DNA of 28,283 nucleotides from Candidatus Eiseniibacteriota bacterium (GTDB lineage Bacteria; Eisenbacteria; RBG-16-71-46; SZUA-252): NCBI GenBank assembly GCA_031370645.1, contig JANMQV010000146.1, positions 1 to 28,283 of the forward strand, read 5' to 3'. Shown piece by piece: positions 23,257 to 28,283 of this stretch (position 1 is its first letter; each line of letters starts with the position of its first letter). The notes under the pieces were generated by a model. It saw only the letters and a program-made list of their open reading frames with translations, ran no database searches and was not told where the DNA came from. The position numbers and the translations under genes were made by a program.

Positions 23257-23334
23257 TTAGCCTACTGCCGTAAGGCGCTCGCAAAGGCGAGCACGAAACG
23301 AGAAGCAAGAAACCACAAACCAACGAGGTGTCCA

Positions 23335-23406
23335 ATGCTCGCACTCATCGTCATCGGAATCTTCGTCTCCTTCGGTCCCATCGGCGGTGGCAAGGCTGGT
23401 TGGTAA
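23335..23406 (+). CDS. Small hydrophobic peptide 1, MLALIVIGIFVSFGPIGGGKAGW (23 aa)
   Basis: RBS GAGGTG then ATG; paralogous to peptide 2 with synonymous codon differences (AAG GCT GGT TGG TAA vs AAG GCC GGC TGG TAA). Confidence 0.78.
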   Translation: MLALIVIGIFVSFGPIGGGKAGW

Positions 23407-23493
23407 GTAGGTCGGACGAGAACGAAGCAACGAAGACAAGTCGCTCCCCAGTAACCAGGAACAGAACCAATCGACCCGGAAGGAGGTGCCAAA

Positions 23494-23553
23494 GTGTTCG
23501 CGACTCTGATGATCATCGGAATGTTCGTCTCACTCGGCAAGGCCGGCTGGTAA
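23494..23553 (+). CDS. Small hydrophobic peptide 2, MFATLMIIGMFVSLGKAGW (19 aa)
   Basis: Strong RBS AAGGAGGTG then GTG; shares IG.FVS.G and GKAGW-stop with peptide 1. Confidence 0.78.
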   Translation: MFATLMIIGMFVSLGKAGW

Positions 23554-23630
23554 GCCGCCACTGAAAAAAAGCAGAAAGCCCCAAGTGCAGTGATCCTGCC
23601 GCGCCATCTTCCTCCGGGAAACGGCGCGGT

Positions 23631-23679
23631 CTAGGACGAAGGGCCACCGGTCACCCCCGGGTGGCCCTTTGTCTTGGGT
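23631..23679 (+). terminator. Probable intrinsic terminator after the peptide genes
   Basis: AAGGGCCACC...GGTGGCCCTT stem followed by TGTCTT; extendable with G-U pairs. A further hairpin lies at 23598-23630. Confidence 0.6.
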
Positions 23680-23779
23680 GCGCGGAATGGAGTCCTGGGG
23701 GACGGCTGACGCAGCGGTGGGGGTGTGTTACCGTGGCTCGTCGTCCCCAACACCCTCTCCATCCGGAGATCCGCGCCAG

Positions 23780-26282
<2,503 letters not shown>

Positions 26283-26308
<26 letters not shown>

Positions 26309-26654
26309 CCCTACCACCGACCTCACGCGGCGAGAGTGCCGTCTCCGCCACGATCCACCCTGAAAGCATGACGAACGGCGCCCGCAAGTCGGCGGCCGGG
26401 AGCCACTCGAAATAGGCGTACGCCTGACCCGCCACGAACGCCACGAAGAGCGCCGCCCGCCAGAGAAGTCCGGGCGTCATCCGCTTCTCCCACTCGCGTC
26501 GCGCGATCCATCGGTGAAGGACTCCCATGTAGAGCGCCGTGCCGAGAAGCACGCCTTGCGAGGGATCGAGCCGCCACTCGGCGGGAGCGAGTCGGACCAT
26601 CGTCATTCCCAAGAGGAAGGAGACCGCGGCGGCGGAGAAGATCCGTGCGCGCAT
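26283..26654 (-). CDS. Small integral membrane protein (about 4 TM), candidate immunity protein
   Basis: GAGG RBS; starts 7 nt after the upstream stop; four hydrophobic segments; 3' end overlaps the convergent lon end. Confidence 0.6.
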
Positions 26655-26661
26655 CGCCGCC

Positions 26662-27378
26662 TCATTTCTGCATGGCCGCGGCGCCGCAACTGATGGCCGC
26701 GACCGCCGTGCCGCCCGCGCAACCGATCGCCTCGTGGTACGGCACGGTCGGCGCGATCTGGTTCGAGATCGCGATACCCTGGGAGCAGAGTTGTGGCCCG
26801 AGCAGCTGGAAGCAGCTCAAGAATTTCTCCCTGTTGAGCCGCTCCGGCGAGAGGAGCGGTGAGCCCGGCGCCGGCGCCATCCGGAGATCAGCCTCACGCA
26901 TCCAGCCGTGCGCGCCTCCGATGGTGATCGATTCGAAGCCCACTTCGTCGGCTCTCGGGTCGCGACCCCACAAGAGTTCCGCACTCGAGACGGCCGATTC
27001 CCCCTCCGACTCGAGGAGCGAAATGAACGTGGCGTGCGTCTCATCGCCCCCCGTCGTGAAAGGGAGGATGGTGATCGTCACCACGTGCCCACGCGCGCTT
27101 CGCCCCACGGCGCGGAGCGCGTACTCCGCCTTGTAGGCGAGGCGATCGGCCCCCGCCTCCTCCAACACGCGGCGAATCAGGGGATGTGCGGCCGCGGTCG
27201 CGGCCGCGGCGGAAACCTGGCTTCGATCGGAGACCCACGATGCCTCCCTCGCGAGCGTCGCGCTCTCTCCCGCTGTGGGGATCTCCGGAGCGGCGAGGCG
27301 ATTTCCTCCCTCGCGACTGCACGCTCCCAGCAGAAGCGCGAGGGGAAGAACGAACGCGACCACGATGATTCGCTTCAT
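26662..27378 (-). CDS. Lipoprotein with a Cys-rich, small-residue-rich C-terminal domain
   Basis: RBS GGAGGTG; MKRIIVVAFVLPLALLLGA|C lipobox; the last ~55 aa contain four Cys and a Gly/Ala-rich helix. Confidence 0.8.
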   Translation of the reverse strand: MKRIIVVAFVLPLALLLGACSREGGNRLAAPEIPTAGESATLAREASWVSDRSQVSAAAATAAAHPLIRRVLEEAGADRLAYKAEYALRAVGRSARGHVVTITILPFTTGGDETHATFISLLESEGESAVSSAELLWGRDPRADEVGFESITIGGAHGWMREADLRMAPAPGSPLLSPERLNREKFLSCFQLLGPQLCSQGIAISNQIAPTVPYHEAIGCAGGTAVAAISCGAAAMQK

Positions 27379-27584
27379 GACGGCACCTCCCTGATTCGGT
27401 GAGGCGCGCGGGCGGGAAGTCGGAAGGCTAGGGCATGGCGGGGGAGAGCATGGATCGTTCCCGGTGATGTGGCGAAACCATGGCGTCGGGCGAGGGAGTT
27501 ACGAATGGCCCGCGGAGTTCGGGAGAGGTTCGCGGCGTCGAACGTCCGACGGCGTCGAAGGGTGAGGCGCTCGAGCTCCGGTCG

Positions 27585-28283
27585 CTAGCGAAGTACGGGG
27601 ACGTTGTGGCTGATGGTGAATGCCACGCCGTAGTCGGTGTCCTTCACGTCGGTCGGCTTCTTCCGCGAGACGCGCGCGATCCGACCCTCGAGCGCCATCG
27701 TCATGCCTCTGAGTCGCGGGAATCGCTGGACCGCCAACTGCACACGGCCCGAGACGAGTTCTTCCTCGACACCGCGTGTTTCGAGCTTCCGATCGTTGTA
27801 AACGAGGTACGGCGTCACGGTGAACTGGTTGGCTACCGCTTCCCAGCGAAGTTCGAAGGTCGCGTTGAGGCTCCGGTCCGTCAGATCGAGATCGACGTGC
27901 TTGTCGTCTTCGACCCCGAGGGCGAAGGTGCTCGTCATTCTTCCGGGATGGCGGCGCGTCGTCATGGCGCTGCCGGCGATGACTTTCCGCTTCGCGGCCA
28001 CGCCGAGATCGTCGGTGAAGAGCGCTACGTCGACGCGCGCGCTCGTCCGGCCGCCGAGCGGCTCCGCGGCGGTGAACTCGCTCGAGAGACGCTTCTCGGT
28101 CAGATTGGTCTGGGCGCCGCGATGGTGGATTCGGACGAGGATCGGCGTCACGGCGGCGGAGGGGCCGAGCGAAAGCCGCGTCCCGAGCGCGAGCCGCTCG
28201 ACCGACACGTAGGGCACGCCGCCGTACGAGCCGGAGGGCGTGACGATGGGGCCGATCCGCGCGTCGGGCTCTTCGAAACGGTA
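27585..28283 (-). CDS. Probable outer-membrane beta-barrel protein; 3' part only
   Basis: The frame is open to the window end. Alternating hydrophobic strands (ATFELRW, FTVTPYLVYN, GRVQLAVQ, YGVAFTISHN). Confidence 0.6.
   Translation of the reverse strand, partial: YRFEEPDARIGPIVTPSGSYGGVPYVSVERLALGTRLSLGPSAAVTPILVRIHHRGAQTNLTEKRLSSEFTAAEPLGGRTSARVDVALFTDDLGVAAKRKVIAGSAMTTRRHPGRMTSTFALGVEDDKHVDLDLTDRSLNATFELRWEAVANQFTVTPYLVYNDRKLETRGVEEELVSGRVQLAVQRFPRLRGMTMALEGRIARVSRKKPTDVKDTDYGVAFTISHNVPVLR

Noticed and set aside
23262-23300. Resemblance to a c-di-GMP-I riboswitch (GNRA hairpin followed by CGCAAAG)
   Set aside because: The upstream GGCAAA element and the second stem with tetraloop receptor are not evident. 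An Infernal search against Rfam would settle it.
23224-23564. Track ORFs 23224..23406(+), 23328..23564(+), 23262..23561(-) and 23257..23439(-)
   Set aside because: The 60-aa version starts upstream of the sigma54 promoter and lacks an RBS. The others are alternative frames of the two short peptides, which have proper SD sites and a synonymous-change pattern.

Overview
High-GC bacterial chromosome segment, probably a diderm (lipoproteins, a beta-barrel fragment and a beta-helix protein; the gene mix is reminiscent of FCB-related lineages such as Ca. Eisenbacteria, which is inference only). It contains a likely replication origin: DnaA boxes plus a Bacillus-like DnaA-trio unwinding element. The origin lies between a divergent M29 aminopeptidase gene and dnaN-recF-dciA-gyrB-gyrA-rex-EamA, with no dnaA in its usual position. 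The middle carries crcB, a lipoprotein, a class III aminotransferase, two cell-wall hydrolases (M23+SLH and S11), a PDZ protein, a beta-helix protein, an M16 peptidase pair and rlmD. The most striking element is at 23.0-23.7 kb. There, a sigma54-type promoter with IHF-like sites and upstream inverted repeats precedes two tandem paralogous tiny hydrophobic peptides, MLALIVIGIFVSFGPIGGGKAGW and MFATLMIIGMFVSLGKAGW. Each peptide has its own RBS and they are followed by hairpins. The locus is flanked by a Cache/HAMP sensor whose histidine-kinase core looks catalytically dead, and by lon. The window ends with a lipoprotein with a Cys-rich, bacteriocin-like C-terminus, a coupled small membrane protein, and a partial beta-barrel gene. 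No rRNA, tRNA, CRISPR array or mobile element was seen.
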